Source: an uncultured Solirubrobacterales bacterium (GTDB lineage Bacteria; Actinomycetota; Thermoleophilia; Solirubrobacterales; Solirubrobacteraceae). Taken from it: a DNA stretch of 64,000 nt. Location: positions 1,884,446 to 1,948,445 of the forward strand of contig OY969574.1 in the NCBI GenBank assembly GCA_963701195.1. Reading direction: 5' to 3'. The notes beneath the pieces are model-generated. The model saw only the letters and a program-made list of their open reading frames with translations. It searched no databases and was not told where the DNA came from. The stretch's first letter is position 1. Each line of letters opens with the position of its first letter. The position numbers and the translations under genes are program-made. Shown piece after piece: positions 10,700 to 20,900 of the stretch.

Positions 10700-10992
10700 C
10701 GCGCGATCATCCTCGCGAACGATCCCAATCTCAAGTCAGCGCCGGGCGCGCCAGGACCACCCGTAGCTTTTCCAGGAGTCAGAAACATTGCAACATAAGT
10801 CTCTGCAGATGTGCAAGGATGGTTCCGACAGGTGACCAGGCACCTCTTCGGCGAACACGGGTCAGGCTAGCGGGGCCGGCCCGTCCCGGACGAGGGACCG
10901 GCGCACCCGCCCCCCCAGGGCCAGCACCGCGGCGGGGGCCGGCATGAGGCCGGCCCTCGCCGCGTGTGCGGGGCTCGGGGAGCGAGCGCTCG

Positions 10993-12640
10993 CTACATCA
11001 TCCCGCCCATGTCGGGCATGCCGCCGCCACCGCCACCGGCCGCTTCCTTCTCAGGCACCTCGGCGACGATCGCCTCGGTGGTGAGGATGTTCTTGGCGAT
11101 CGACGCCGCGTTCTGCAGCGCCGAACGCGTGACCATCGCCGGGTCGATGACGCCGGCGGCGACGAGGTTGACGACCTCATTGGTGGCCGCGTTGAGGCCG
11201 TGTCCTTTCTTGGCCTTGCGCACGTCGTTGACCACGACCGAGCCCTCCAGGCCCGCGTTCTCGGCGATCTGACGCAGCGGCTCCTCCAGGGCGCGCAGCA
11301 CGATGCGAGCGCCGGTGCGCTCGTCGTCGGAGCCGTCGGCGGAGTCGCCGTCGCCGTTGATGCTGACGGCCGCGGAGGCCTGCAGCAGCGCGACGCCGCC
11401 GCCCGGCACGATGCCCTCCTCGAGCGCCGCGCGCGTGGCCTGCAGTGCGTCCTCGACGCGGTGCTTCTTCTCCTTCATCTCGGTCTCGGTGGCCGCGCCG
11501 ACCTTCACGACCGCGACACCGCCGGAGAGCTTGGCCAGCCGCTCCTGCAGCTTCTCACGGTCGAAGTCCGAGTCGGTGTTCTCGATTTCGGCTTTGATCT
11601 GGTTGATGCGGCCCTTGATCGCCTCCGTGTCGCCGGCGCCGTCGACGATCGTCGTGTTGTCCTTGCCGACGACCACACGACGGGCGCGCCCGAGCTGGGA
11701 GACCTGCGTGTTCTCGAGCTTCAGACCCAGCTCCTCGGTGATCACCTCGCCCTTGGTGAGGATCGCGATGTCCTCGAGCATGCGCTTGCGGCGGTCGCCG
11801 AAGCCCGGCGCCTTGACCGCCACACCGGTGAAGGTGCCACGCAGCTTGTTGACGACGAGCGTCGCCAGCGACTCGCCCTCGACGTCCTCGGCGATGATCA
11901 GCAGCGGCTTGCCGCTCTGGATCACCTGCTCGAGCACCGGCAGCACGTCGCGCACGGAGCCGATCTTCTGGTTGGCGATCAGGATGTAGGGGTCCTCGAG
12001 GGTCGCCTCCATGCGGTCCTGGTCGGTGACCATGTACGGCGAGATGTAGCCCTTGTCGAACTGCATGCCCTCGGTGAACTCGAGGTCCATGCCAAACGTC
12101 TGGCCCTCCTCGACGTTGACCACGCCGTCCTTGCCGACCTTGTTCGATCGCGTCGGCGATCACGTCGCCGATCTCCTCGTCGCCGGCGGAGATCGTCGCC
12201 ACGCGCGCGATCTGCTCCTTGCCGGAGACCTCCTTGGACTGCGAGGCGATGTTCTGAACGACCTCCTCGACGGCCTTCTCGATGCCGCGCTTGAGCGCCA
12301 GCGGGTTGGCGCCGGCCGCGACGTTCTTGAGGCCCTGGCGGACGATCGCCTGGGCGAGCACGGTGGCGGTGGTGGTGCCGTCGCCGGCCACGTCGTTGGT
12401 CGCCGTGGCGACCTCGCGCACCAATTGCGCGCCCTGGTTCTCGAAGACGTCCTCGACCTCGATCTCACGCGCGATCGTGACGCCGTCGTTGGTGATCGTG
12501 GGAGCGCCGAACTTCTTGTCCAGCACCACGTAGCGGCCCTTCGGGCCCAGCGTGACCTTGACCGCGTTGGCGACCGCGTCCACGCCCGCCTCCAGCGACT
12601 TGCGCGCCTCGGCGTCGTACTTGAGCTCCTTGTGTGCCAT
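10993..12640 (-). CDS. groEL: Chaperonin GroEL with a single +1 frameshift at 12143-12144 (probably a sequencing artefact)
   Basis: Two ORFs (11555..12640 and 10993..12123) carry the N- and C-halves; removing one base restores ...[16 protein letters not shown]...; GGM tail; span is 549 codons plus 1 nt. Confidence 0.95.
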
Positions 12641-12669
12641 GTTTCTCAGTTCTCCTTGCGCCTTGCGCG

Positions 12670-12957
12670 TTAAGCGACCTTGGCGAGGACGTCCGACTCG
12701 CGTAGAACGAGCAGATCCTCGCCGTCGACCTTGATCTCGGTGCCGCCGTACTTGCTGTAGAGGACCTCGTCGCCCTCCTTCACATCCAGCGGGATGCGCT
12801 TGCCGTCATCGTCGAGGCGACCGTCGCCGGCGGCGAGGACCTTACCCTTCTGCGGCTTCTCTTTGGCTGTATCGGGCAGGACGAGACCGCTGGCGGTCTT
12901 CTCCTCCTCCTCGATCGCCCGCACGATCAGACGATCGCCCAGGGGCTTGAGCTTCAT
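12670..12957 (-). CDS. groES: Co-chaperonin GroES (95 aa)
   Basis: [12 protein letters not shown]...[16 protein letters not shown]...YSKYGGTE; GGAGG RBS upstream of ATG 12957. Confidence 0.97.
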   Translation of the reverse strand: MKLKPLGDRLIVRAIEEEEKTASGLVLPDTAKEKPQKGKVLAAGDGRLDDDGKRIPLDVKEGDEVLYSKYGGTEIKVDGEDLLVLRESDVLAKVA

Positions 12958-13037
12958 CTTGCTTAGACCTCCACTATCGAGAGAATGTTGCTTGGGACGG
13001 GCATCTGCTTCCTCGCAGGAGGATCCCAGCCCCTCGA

Positions 13038-13064
13038 TTGGCACTCTCTAGCGTCGAGTGCCAA
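13038..13064. promoter_or_regulatory. CIRCE element 1 (HrcA operator)
   Basis: TTGGCACTC-N9-GAGTGCCAA, a perfect inverted repeat upstream of groES. Confidence 0.93.
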
Positions 13065-13073
13065 CGACCGCCC

Positions 13074-13101
13074 ACTATATAAGACGCCGACCGCGCGTCA
13101 A
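13074..13101 (-). promoter_or_regulatory. SigA-type promoter of groES-groEL
   Basis: -35 TTGACG (13101-13096), 16-bp spacer, -10 TATAGT (13079-13074), lying between the two CIRCE boxes. Confidence 0.7.
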
Positions 13102-13109
13102 GTAAAGAT

Positions 13110-13136
13110 TTGGCACTCTCGCCACGAGAGTGCCAG
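13110..13136. promoter_or_regulatory. CIRCE element 2 (HrcA operator)
   Basis: TTGGCACTC-N9-GAGTGCCAG. Confidence 0.9.
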
Positions 13137-13269
13137 CACCGCTCCGCTCGACGGTCCACAGCGTCCGCCGCTAGCGCCCACCACTCGCGCGCTTCGGACC
13201 TGCCTCAAGCGGGCTTCGGGCCTGCCTCGCGACCGCTTCGCGGGGCCACCTCTCGCTTCGGGTCACCTT

Positions 13270-13668
13270 CTAGTTCTGGGCGCCGCCGAAGCCCTTCATC
13301 GCCTCGGTCATGCCGGCGGGCTTGTCGACGATCTGCGAGAAGCGCACGACGGTGACCGTGTCCTGCAACGAGACCGCGCGTCCGTAGATCTGCTCGAGAA
13401 AGTGGATCAGCTCCTCGTGACGGCGGAACTCGGGGTTGTCGTGCTTGATGTCGCGCGGGGACAGCTCGCCCAGCTTGGTCACTTCGACCTGGTCGATGAC
13501 CGCCTCGAAGATGCGCTCGCGCGGCGAGTACTGGTAGCCGATCGTCACCAGCACGAGCTGATTCTTGCGGTACTTGTCCGACTTGTCGCCGAGCCGGATC
13601 GTCGCCGTCTTGCGCCCGCGCTTGAGCTCGTCGGCGAAGATCGTGGAGTAGAAGTTGAGAACCTGCAC
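13270..13668 (-). CDS. ASCH domain protein
   Basis: LNFYSTIFADELKRGRKTATIRLG ASCH signature; start set at GTG 13668. Confidence 0.8.
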   Translation of the reverse strand: MQVLNFYSTIFADELKRGRKTATIRLGDKSDKYRKNQLVLVTIGYQYSPRERIFEAVIDQVEVTKLGELSPRDIKHDNPEFRRHEELIHFLEQIYGRAVSLQDTVTVVRFSQIVDKPAGMTEAMKGFGGAQN

Positions 13669-13745
13669 GCCGCCGTGGAGGCTATCTAAAAGGAGGAGGG
13701 GCCCGGCTCGCCGGCCTGTTTGACCGGCCGCACCACCCTCTCTAT

Positions 13746-14180
13746 CTAGGAGGAGGACCCCGGCTCGCCGGCCAAAGTCGCCAGCGCGCGGTCGATGATC
13801 TCGCGTTCGCCGGCGTAGCTCAGCGCGGTGCGCGCCTCGCTGAGCGGGACCCAACGCGCCTCTTCTACCTCGTCGTCGTGATCCGCTGGGTCGCCTGCTG
13901 CGTAATAGAAGAGGAAGAAGGCCACGGTCTTGGGCACGGATCGCCCGCCGCGGCTGTACCAGTAGCGGATCTCGCCCAGCTCGCCGGCCAGCTCCACCTC
14001 GACGCCCCCCTCCTCGCGCACCTCCCGGATCGCCGCCTGCAGGTCGCTCTCGCCCGCGTCGGCGTGACCCTTGGGCAGTCCCAGCACGCGCGAGCCGTCG
14101 GCGCCGCGGCGCGTGGGCACGATCACGAGCACGTCCTCGCCGCGCACCACCACACCGCCCGCAGAGCGCTCAGAAGACAT
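13746..14180 (-). CDS. NUDIX hydrolase
   Basis: LPKGHADAGESDLQAAIREVREEGG Nudix box. Confidence 0.93.
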   Translation of the reverse strand: MSSERSAGGVVVRGEDVLVIVPTRRGADGSRVLGLPKGHADAGESDLQAAIREVREEGGVEVELAGELGEIRYWYSRGGRSVPKTVAFFLFYYAAGDPADHDDEVEEARWVPLSEARTALSYAGEREIIDRALATLAGEPGSSS

Positions 14181-14874
14181 AGGACCGCAACGCGTCCGGA
14201 TCGCGCACGACCAGCCGGCCGCGGCCCTGGGAGATCACACCTGCGCGCTCGAGCACCGCCAGAAAGCGGCTCGCGGACTCGCGCGAGCTGCCGGCGAGCT
14301 TGGCAAGGTCGGCCTGGGTGGCGACGATCGAGATGCCCTCGCCCTCGTCCTGCAGCCCGTCGGCCTGCGCCTGTGAGACCAGCTCGCCGAGGACTGCCGC
14401 GACGCGGCTCTGCACGCTCTGGAACGAGCGCCGCGCGAGGCGCTCGTTGGTCTCGCGCAGGCGCCGGCCGAGTGCGATCGCGAGGCGCATCGCGATCTGG
14501 GGGTGTTCGGTCATCAGGCGGCGCATGTCGGGGCCGAGCACCGCCACGACGTCGGTCGCCTCGAGCGCCTCGACGGTGGCGGAGCGCAGCTCGTCCTCGA
14601 ACAGCGCCAGCTCGCCGAAGAACTCGCCGGGCCCGAACGTGGCGAGGGTGATGATGCGCCCGTCGCCGTGCTGGTGCACCGCGCGGGTGTGCCCGGTGTG
14701 CACGACGTAGCAGGTGTCGCTGGCGTCGCCCTCGCGGAAAACGACCTGGCCGGCCTCGAAGCTGCGCGGCACCGCGAGCTGCGCGACGCGCTGCAGATCG
14801 TCGGCCTCGAGTGTCGCGAAGACCGGGACACGCGCCAGCAGCTCGACGATCTCCTCTGAGCTGGGACCTGCCAT
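14170..14874 (-). CDS. Crp/Fnr family transcriptional regulator
   Basis: cNMP domain FGELALFEDELRSATV; HTH TQADLAKLAGSSRESASRFL; start at ATG 14874. Confidence 0.92.
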   Translation of the reverse strand: MAGPSSEEIVELLARVPVFATLEADDLQRVAQLAVPRSFEAGQVVFREGDASDTCYVVHTGHTRAVHQHGDGRIITLATFGPGEFFGELALFEDELRSATVEALEATDVVAVLGPDMRRLMTEHPQIAMRLAIALGRRLRETNERLARRSFQSVQSRVAAVLGELVSQAQADGLQDEGEGISIVATQADLAKLAGSSRESASRFLAVLERAGVISQGRGRLVVRDPDALRSYVF

Positions 14875-14927
14875 CGGGCACGAGATAGCAGACGCCCGCG
14901 GCGCACCCGGACGGCGTCCCGCCAAGC

Positions 14928-15539
14928 ATGCCGGCCGCGGCGCTAGAAGCGCCCAGACCCCCTCGGCGGCGCTATCTTCAGGTCATGCGCGGGGCGCAGT
15001 TGCGAGGGAGACGGCGGGTGGGGATGGCGGCGATGGCGGCGGTGGGCGCGCTTGCGGCGAGCGCGCTCGTTCTCTGCGTGCCGCCGCCGGCGCGCGCCGC
15101 GAGCAAGCCCGCCTCCAAGCCCGCCTCGCCGGCGAGCGAACTGTGGGCCACCGTCGACCTGTGCAACACGACGCGGCGCCCCGACACGATCGGCATCCGC
15201 GGCTCGATGCCGGGCGACGGGCACCGCGGCGATGTGATCTACATGCGCTTCCTGGTGCAGAGCCTCGACGCCTCGACGCACCGCTGGAACTACGTCGGCG
15301 AGCACGCCGACTCGGGCTTCGTCGCGGTCGGCTCGGCGGCGCTGACGCGCCAGGCGGGACGCAGCTTCCAGTTCAAGCCGACCGCCACGCCGTTCACGCT
15401 GCGCGGGATGGTCGAGTTCCAATGGCACCACGCGGGGCGCACCGTGCGCAGCGTGTACCTGCCGACGACTGCCAGCCACACGAGCCTCGCCGGCGCCGAA
15501 CCGAAGGGCTTCAGCGCTGCGACGTGCGTGCTGCCCTGA
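14928..15539 (+). CDS. Secreted hypothetical protein (start may be 14985 or 15024)
   Basis: Hydrophobic signal ending PPARA, then a beta-rich domain with two Cys; fits the gap between opposite-strand genes. Confidence 0.6.
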   Translation: MPAAALEAPRPPRRRYLQVMRGAQLRGRRRVGMAAMAAVGALAASALVLCVPPPARAASKPASKPASPASELWATVDLCNTTRRPDTIGIRGSMPGDGHRGDVIYMRFLVQSLDASTHRWNYVGEHADSGFVAVGSAALTRQAGRSFQFKPTATPFTLRGMVEFQWHHAGRTVRSVYLPTTASHTSLAGAEPKGFSAATCVLP

Positions 15540-15594
15540 AGGGTGGCGCGGCCGGCCGGGAGGCCGTCTCGCGGCTTCGGCCGGGCCGCTTCGC

Positions 15595-16329
15595 TCACTC
15601 CGCGAACAGCCGCGGGTCGTTGGTGATGATGCCGTCGACGCCGAGCGCACTCAGGCGCGCGACCTGGGCGGGGTCGTCGACGGTCCACGCGTACAGCTCG
15701 CCGCCCCCTTCGGCGACGGCGCGCACGAGCGTGCGTGTGACCAGGCGCCAGTGCGCCATGATCGCGTCGAAGCGCCCCGCGCGCAGCGCCGCGCGGGCGC
15801 GGCCGGGCAGCCAGGCGCGCAGCGCGGCGAGCAGGCCGAGCGCGGGCAGCACGGTGAGGCGGCTCTCGGTGTAGTCGCGGCGCGCGCGGGGCACCGACCA
15901 GCCGACGCGCAGGCTCGGCTCGAGCGCGCGCATCGCGTCGAGGTCGTCGGGGTAGGTGCTGCTGACCAGCGCGCGCTCGATCATCCCGTGCTCGCGCAGC
16001 GCGTGCACGACGCGCGCGCCGTAGCCGGGCAGCTTGACGTCGACGTCCAGCTCGATCCCGGCGTACGCGTCGCCGGCGAGGTGCTCGAGTCCCTGCGCGA
16101 GCGTCAGCGGCTGCTGCGCGGCGGCCAGCGCGCCGTAGTCGTGGGCGAGCAGCAGCCGCCCGCTGCCGTCGGGCTGCTCGCTGAGCACGTCGAACTCGAT
16201 CATGTCCACGCCCGCACGCGCCGCCGCGTCGAAGCTGGCGAGCGTGTTGCCGGGCGCCAGGTGCGCGGCGCCCTTGTGGCCCACGCGCCGTGGCCGTACG
16301 CCGGAGCTGGTGGCGCCGGTGGCGCTCAT
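15595..16329 (-). CDS. Glycerophosphodiester phosphodiesterase family protein
   Basis: VGHKGAA..APGNT, IEFDV, YAWTVDD, GVDGIITNDP. Confidence 0.9.
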   Translation of the reverse strand: MSATGATSSGVRPRRVGHKGAAHLAPGNTLASFDAAARAGVDMIEFDVLSEQPDGSGRLLLAHDYGALAAAQQPLTLAQGLEHLAGDAYAGIELDVDVKLPGYGARVVHALREHGMIERALVSSTYPDDLDAMRALEPSLRVGWSVPRARRDYTESRLTVLPALGLLAALRAWLPGRARAALRAGRFDAIMAHWRLVTRTLVRAVAEGGGELYAWTVDDPAQVARLSALGVDGIITNDPRLFAE

Positions 16330-16391
16330 CGGCCCAGAATAGTTGTCGCGCAGGCGGCGCGGCGGATTCCCCGTGCAGGCAGCGCGGCGCC

Positions 16392-17711
16392 TCAGAGGCG
16401 CGTTTCGGCGTGCAGGCGCCGGCGACAGGAGTCGATCGTCTGCGCGGCGGCTTTCGGCCCGACATAGGGCGCGAGCAGGATGAACGCGAGGTGGTCGACC
16501 AGCGAGGGCAGGTACTTGACGCGTTTGCGCACGGCGTAGCTGCCGATCACCGTCCAGATGCCGCCCGCGGTCGTCTCGTGCGCGAGCAGCGGCGCGCGCG
16601 CCGGCTCGGGGGCGTGGTCGCGCAGCAGCGACGTCAGCCGCGCGAGCGTGGCGCCGATGCTCTCAACCACGTGCGGGCCGATCTCGTAGAGGTCGACGAA
16701 CGCCATTTTGACGAGGCCGGGGTGTGCCGCGAAGTGCTCGACGCCGGCCTTCAAGCCGAGGTAGGCGGCTTCCTCCCAGGTGTTCGCACGCGCCGCCGCG
16801 GCGCGTATGGCGGCGATCGTTTCGTCGTAGAACGCGTCGACGACGGCCAGGTAGCAGGAACGCTTGCTGGGGAAGTACTTGTGGAACGATTCGGTGGACA
16901 TCCCCGCGAACTGCGCGATCTGCGGGTCGGTCAGCTCGCGGTAGCCCTGGTCGAGCGTGAGGTGCACGAGCGCGCCGAGCACGCGCGTGCGCTTGTCCTC
17001 GCCTTCGAGGAAGCGCGTCGGCTCGGCGGGCATCTGCGGAACGGCGCCGGTGAGGCCGATCCGCGCGGCCGAGGAGCGGTAGGCGCTGACCCAGTCGAGC
17101 AGTTCGTCGGTCAGCATCGGCAGCTCCGTCTCGCGCCCGCTGCGCAGCCGGTCGAACAGCGCGTAGCGCACGCCGCCGACGATCGCGCGCGGGGCGAGCG
17201 GCGGCAGCGGCACGCCGTCGGGCGCGGCGCGGAAGCCGGCGGCGACCGCCCGTTCGAAGGCGACGGCCGAGCGCAGCATCCGTTCGCGGCTGGCGGCTCC
17301 GAGCCCGAGGCCGTCGATCAGCACGAGGCGCGTGGCCTTCGTGTTCTTGACCGAGTCCTCGATGAACGCCTGGCAGGAGCGGTGCACACGGTTGGCCCAC
17401 CCGCGCTCGCTCATCCAGCCTTCGAGCATCCGCTTCTTGGCGCGTGCGACCGCGATGTCGTAGGTCGCCAGGAAGCAGTCTTCCTTGTTGGCGAACTGCT
17501 CGTAGAACGCGCGCCGCGAGACACCGGCCAGGGCGATCACGTGGGCGACGGTGGTCGCCTTGTAACCCTGGCGATCGACCGCCTCGATCATCGCCCCGTA
17601 CAGCCTCGCGCGCTGATGGCGGGCGACTGCCTCCCGGCCCATGCCATGCGGTCCATGTGGCAGTCGCCTGTACATCGCGGTCAGCTCCCTCTCAGATCCG
17701 CTGAACCCCAC
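16392..17711 (-). CDS. TetR/AcrR regulator with two tandem TetR units
   Basis: HTH1 QGYKATTVAHVIALAGVSRRAFYEQF; HTH2 QGYRELTDPQIAQFAGMSTESFHKYF. Confidence 0.88.
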   Translation of the reverse strand: MGFSGSERELTAMYRRLPHGPHGMGREAVARHQRARLYGAMIEAVDRQGYKATTVAHVIALAGVSRRAFYEQFANKEDCFLATYDIAVARAKKRMLEGWMSERGWANRVHRSCQAFIEDSVKNTKATRLVLIDGLGLGAASRERMLRSAVAFERAVAAGFRAAPDGVPLPPLAPRAIVGGVRYALFDRLRSGRETELPMLTDELLDWVSAYRSSAARIGLTGAVPQMPAEPTRFLEGEDKRTRVLGALVHLTLDQGYRELTDPQIAQFAGMSTESFHKYFPSKRSCYLAVVDAFYDETIAAIRAAAARANTWEEAAYLGLKAGVEHFAAHPGLVKMAFVDLYEIGPHVVESIGATLARLTSLLRDHAPEPARAPLLAHETTAGGIWTVIGSYAVRKRVKYLPSLVDHLAFILLAPYVGPKAAAQTIDSCRRRLHAETRL

Positions 17712-17912
17712 GGTTGGGACACACTAATGGATTCTTCGGAGATTGCAAGTTAAATTTGTGGGATACAACCGAAGTTTTTGATAGTGCCTGCAAATACGGC
17801 AAATCGGTTTTGTCGCCCAGCTGGCGGAATCGCGCCGAGGAGGCGATTCGGGCACGGACAGGCGGTAGACCGTTGACTATGCAATCAGTCAGAATCGGTC
17901 CAAGTCCGCGTT

Positions 17913-20900
17913 TCAGGCGCTGAGTGTCAACCGCCGCGGACCGGCGCGGAAGCCGACCGCCGCGAGCGCCGCCTCCCAGCGCGAGCCGAGCACCGGCTCG
18001 CCGTCGACGCGCTCCAGCGCGAGCCGGCTCGGCGCGAGCCCGGCGCGGGCGTGCGCGGCCAGCGCCTGCAGGGCGAGCGTCACGCGCCGCTGCGCGGGGT
18101 CCTCGCCCGTCAGCAGCCGCAGCGCGCGGCCGCCGCGCTCGAGGTAGAGCACTGGCTCGGCGTCGACGAGCACGACGAGCGCACCCGGGGCACGCGCGGG
18201 GCTGGGGGCGGCGCGACCGGTCGCGCCCGCGGCGGCGCGCCGTGGCCAGGGTAGCGCGGCGCCGTAGGGCTGGGCGGGGTCCGTCGCGGCGAGCACCAGC
18301 GTGCGCGCGGCGGCTTCGTCGCGGTCGCCGGCCGGCCCCGCGCGAACGCCTGACACCGTCCCAACGCCCGCCCCCGTGCCCACCCCCGCTGCCGTGTCGC
18401 CGGTCGCTGCCGTGCCGCCCGCCGCAGGCCGCAGCGCGCGCAGCCGCTCGACGGCGCCGGCGAGCGCGAACTGCGCGCCGCCCAGACCCTCGACGAAGTA
18501 GCCGCGGCGCGCGACGCCAAGCGTCTCCAGGCGGCACAGCTCGGGGTAGAGCGCGGCGAAGCCGCCGGGCACGCCTTCGGCCAGCGCCAGCTCGCGCGTG
18601 AGGATGCCGTGGCGCTCGAGCAGCAGCTCGGCGTGCGCGCGCCGCCGGGCGGCGGGGTCCTCCGCGCCGGTGCCCGCGAACAGCGGCGCGGTCAATGACC
18701 AGCGGCCCGGCGGGTGGCGCGGCGCGCCGGCGGCGCGGCGGCGCGCGGAGAAGCGACCGGCGCTCGCCGCGCGGGGCCGGTCGCTGCCGGCGGCGAGTTT
18801 CAGGCGCGGGGCGCGCAGCGGGGCGAACGCGTCGTTGGTCGCCTCGCCGGCCCACACGAGGTCCCACAGCGCCTCCTGCAGCGTCTCGGCCGGATCGGGC
18901 AGGTCGGCGAGCAGGTCGGCGAAGAAGCCCGAGCCTGCCGCGAGACGGGCGCGGACGCGCTCGTGCGGGCACTCGGGACTGTCGCCGGACAGTTCCCCCC
19001 GCCGCGGCGGCGGCCCGAGCAGCGGGACGTCCTCGCGAAAGTAGAGCGCGACCCGCCCGTCGTTACGACCCAGCGCACCGGCGCCGACCCAGACGACCTC
19101 GCCGCTCGCACACAGCTCGTCGAGCCATGCGGTGGAGTAGGCGCCGAGGCGCCGGGGCAACACCTCGCGCTCCCACGTGCGGGGCGTCAGCGCGAGGCCC
19201 TGAAGGGGCACCAACTGCTCGCGCAAGCGCTCGAGGCCGACGGTCGCGGGAATCGGGGTGCTCATATCCCAGCCCGCCCCGGCTGTATGTCCATCGCCGC
19301 CCAAGCCATCCCGTACGCGCACACGCGCGCGCGGCGGGATGGTGGCGCCGGCTGCATACTCACCGGCAGTCCGGCCCCCCCACCGGTCGATGCCGTGCCA
19401 GGCGGGCAGGAAGGCGGCGTAGGCGCGGCGCTCGGCCGGCTCGATCTCGCGGCGCAGCGCCGCCAGCGAGGCGCGGCGCAGGCGGCGCAGGACCTCGACG
19501 TCGCACCACTCGCGGCCCTCGCCGCCGGGACGCAGCTCGCCACGGACGAGCGTGCCGGCGCGCTCCAGCTCGCGCAGCGCCAGCTCGACCGCGCCCGTGC
19601 CGGCCGCGCCGGCCGCGCCGGCGCCGGGCCCGTAGCGCGCGACCGGCGCCGCGGTGGCGAACGGGCCGTGCGTGGCGGCGTAGCGGGCGAGCAGGCGCAC
19701 GAGCGCGTCGGGGACCTCGGCGAGGAACGCGTCGGGCAGGCCGCCGGGCGGGACGGCGCCGAGCGCATCGCGGTAGAGACCGGCGTCGGCGGCGTCGACG
19801 TAGCGCTCCCGGCCGCCGATGCGCACGCGCACGGCGCGCCGTTCGCGCTCCAGAGCAGCTAGCAGCGCGCCGGCGTCGACGCCGGCGTGCACGCGCTCCG
19901 ACGCCTCGGCGGCGCTGAGGTCGCCGAGCAGGCGCAGCGCGTCGTGCAGCTCGTCACGGGTGGCCGCGCGGGCGTGCTCGGCGCGGCGCTGCAGGTCGTC
20001 CTCGACGCGCGCGAGCGCACCGGGGTCGATCAGCTCGCGCAGCTCCTCCCGGCCCAGCAGCTCGCGCAGCAGGTCGCGGTCGAGCGAGAGCGCGGCGGCG
20101 CGGCGCTCGGCGCTCGGCGCGTCCCCCTCGTACATGTACGTCGCGACGTAGTCGAACAGCAGCGAGGAGGCAAACGGCGAGGCGGTGGCGGTCTCGACCT
20201 GCACGACGTCCAGCTCGCGGCGGTGCAGCTTGGCCAGCAGCTCGCGCAGCCCCTGCAGGTCGAGCACGTCGCGCAGGCACTCGCGGTAGGCCTCGAGCAC
20301 GATCGGGAAGTCGCTGTAGCGGCGCGCGACCTCGAGCAGGCTCTGGGCCTTCAGGCGCTGCTGCCAGAGCGGCGTGCGCTTGCCCGGGTAGGCGCGCGGG
20401 ATCAGCAGCGCGCGGGCGGCGGCCTCGCGAAAGCGCGCGCCATAGAGCGCGCTGTTGCCCAGCTCGGCGACGACGAGGTCCTCCAGCTCGTCGGGGTCGA
20501 TCAGCACCAGCTCCTCGCCGGGCAGCCGATCGCCGTCGGGCAGGTGCACGGCGATCCCGTCGTCGGACCAGATCGCGTCGGCCTGCAGGCCGTGCTCACG
20601 GCGCAGGCGCGCGCTCAGCGCGAGACCCCAGGCGGCGTGCACGCGCCCGCCGTAGGGGGAGAGCACGCACAGCCGCCAGTCGCCGATCTCGTCGCGGAAG
20701 CGCTCGAGCACGATCGTGCGGTCGCTCGGCAGCACACGCGTGGCGGCCTGCTGCTCGCGCAGGTAGTCGAGCAGGTTGCGCGCGGCGCGCGCGTCGAGGT
20801 CGTAGTCGCGCTGCAGCGTCTCCGACTCCTGCGCGACGGCCCAGCGCGCGAACGCGCCGATCGCGAGACCCAGCTCCTTGGGGCGCCCGACGCCCTCGCC

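Noticed and set aside
12136-12145. Programmed ribosomal frameshift in groEL
   Set aside because: No slippery heptamer, and the same insertion context recurs in two unrelated genes
19262-19385. Intein in Lhr
   Set aside because: Too short, with no C/S start or HN-C/S/T end motifs
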